Below are positions 62,769 through 63,859 of a stretch of 63,859 bases of DNA, one piece after another. The notes below the pieces were generated by a model, which saw only the letters and a list, made by a program, of their open reading frames with translations, did no database searches and had not been told where the DNA came from. The position numbers were made by a program, and so were the translations under genes. The DNA comes from Saccostrea cucullata (lineage: Eukaryota), in assembly GCF_032062105.1 (NCBI RefSeq), contig NW_026930674.1, forward strand, positions 372,001 to 435,859, given 5' to 3'. Within the stretch, counting starts at the first letter, position 1, and each line of letters opens with the position of its first letter.

Positions 62769-63389
62769 TTGAAAATATAAAAAGATTATTCAGAATGACA
62801 GACCGAGATGGATATGAAAAGGTCGTCTGAGCAACTAAATTGATCTAAAAGAATCGTGAAAAATAATTTATAATAGATTAAAACTAGCCTTATTTAAATT
62901 ATTTGAAATAATTTTTGTACTTCTTAGTAAAATCACCATGTCAACAAACGTCATTTCAATCAACACTTGTTTTAATTTAAATAAACACACTTAAAATTAA
63001 TTTCATCCTCATGTAATGAGAATAAAAGTTCATTAAACCTTTTGTAGACAGTGTCAGTAAGTCTAATGTACTCATGTTCTCTATCAGGAACGTGATCTGA
63101 AGATTGCAGTAGATTTAAGGCCAGTACTACAGAATGATATTGTGTGATTTAATACATTGTTCCTTAAAATTTCTACTAAGCTATCTGTGAAATTGATTTG
63201 AATACCATTTCCATATATACTCACGCGTAGAAATATACACATAGAATTTTGCACACATCACAATGAGGCTACAGCAACGTAAGTAAAAAAGCAACGATAT
63301 AGAGAAGCGAGAAATTTAAATATTGAGTATATTTTTGGTGCTTTCAAACATGTAAAATGTAAATATAAGGAAGGTTTTCAAGTTAAGTG

Positions 63390-63512
63390 TGAATTATTGG
63401 TGTGTAAATCACACAGACTTGCACGCAGACACGTTTTTCATTAAGCGCTTTCACACTTCATGAAATATGCCTACATGACAAGTCTGTGTGATTTACACAC
63501 CAAGAACTCACA
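63390..63512. mobile_element. Palindromic repeat element
   Basis: tggtgtgtaaatcacacagacttg / caagtctgtgtgatttacacacca. Confidence 0.55.
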
Positions 63513-63859
63513 CAAAACTTAAAAACATTCTTTAAGTAGTTAACTGCAAAGGATGTATTTGCTTTTGACAAAAGAATTGACCTATAGGAGAGAACAATTT
63601 CCCGGAAAAAGTGACATTGAATAATTAATCTTTATTTGTTGTTTTCTACCGTATATATGTCTAAATTTTTCAAATTTGTATTTTATACCTAAAATTTATT
63701 ATTTACAACTTTACAATTAACCTCCAAAGTTGGCCTAAACACCATTTTGTCCGATAAAGCGTTGATTTTTGCATGAATTTTGGCCTAGAAGTCCTTCAGG
63801 GCAGGCGTGCCCCTAAATAAAATTGTGATATTTTGATAGGTTTGGATGTAAGGATTAAT

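Overview
AT-rich, intron-rich eukaryotic DNA, probably from a bivalve mollusc. The oyster-like call is an inference from the repeat families, mainly non-autonomous Helentron/HINE elements carrying a ~165-bp satellite. Six protein-coding genes can be reconstructed by hand: ENTR1/SDCCAG3 (+, 438-5932), a class A GPCR with a single coding exon (-, 9123-10322), SNAP29 (-, 15732-19287) head-to-head with NDUFS3 (+, 19701-22888), a BAIAP3/Munc13-4-like C2-MUN-C2 gene (-, 24333-41906), and the 3' half of VPS33A (-, 47386 to beyond 59004). Introns are packed with MITEs, HINEs and minisatellites. Main observations: (1) VPS33A has a second, paralogous terminal exon at 49181-49263 whose conserved core differs from the main exon only at synonymous sites. 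(2) Two minisatellites are built from amplified splice junctions: about 29 copies of a VPS33A acceptor, and a donor array in the Munc13-4-like gene. (3) Four of the six genes are endolysosomal traffic or fusion factors. (4) The Munc13-4-like gene has three alternative first exons and a degenerate C2A calcium site. (5) NDUFS3 needs a GC-AG intron, and that intron holds a tRNA-containing solo LTR. (6) The middle of the Munc13-4-like gene is scrambled and duplicated, probably by an assembly error. All gene models were spliced by eye and are unverified by RNA data.
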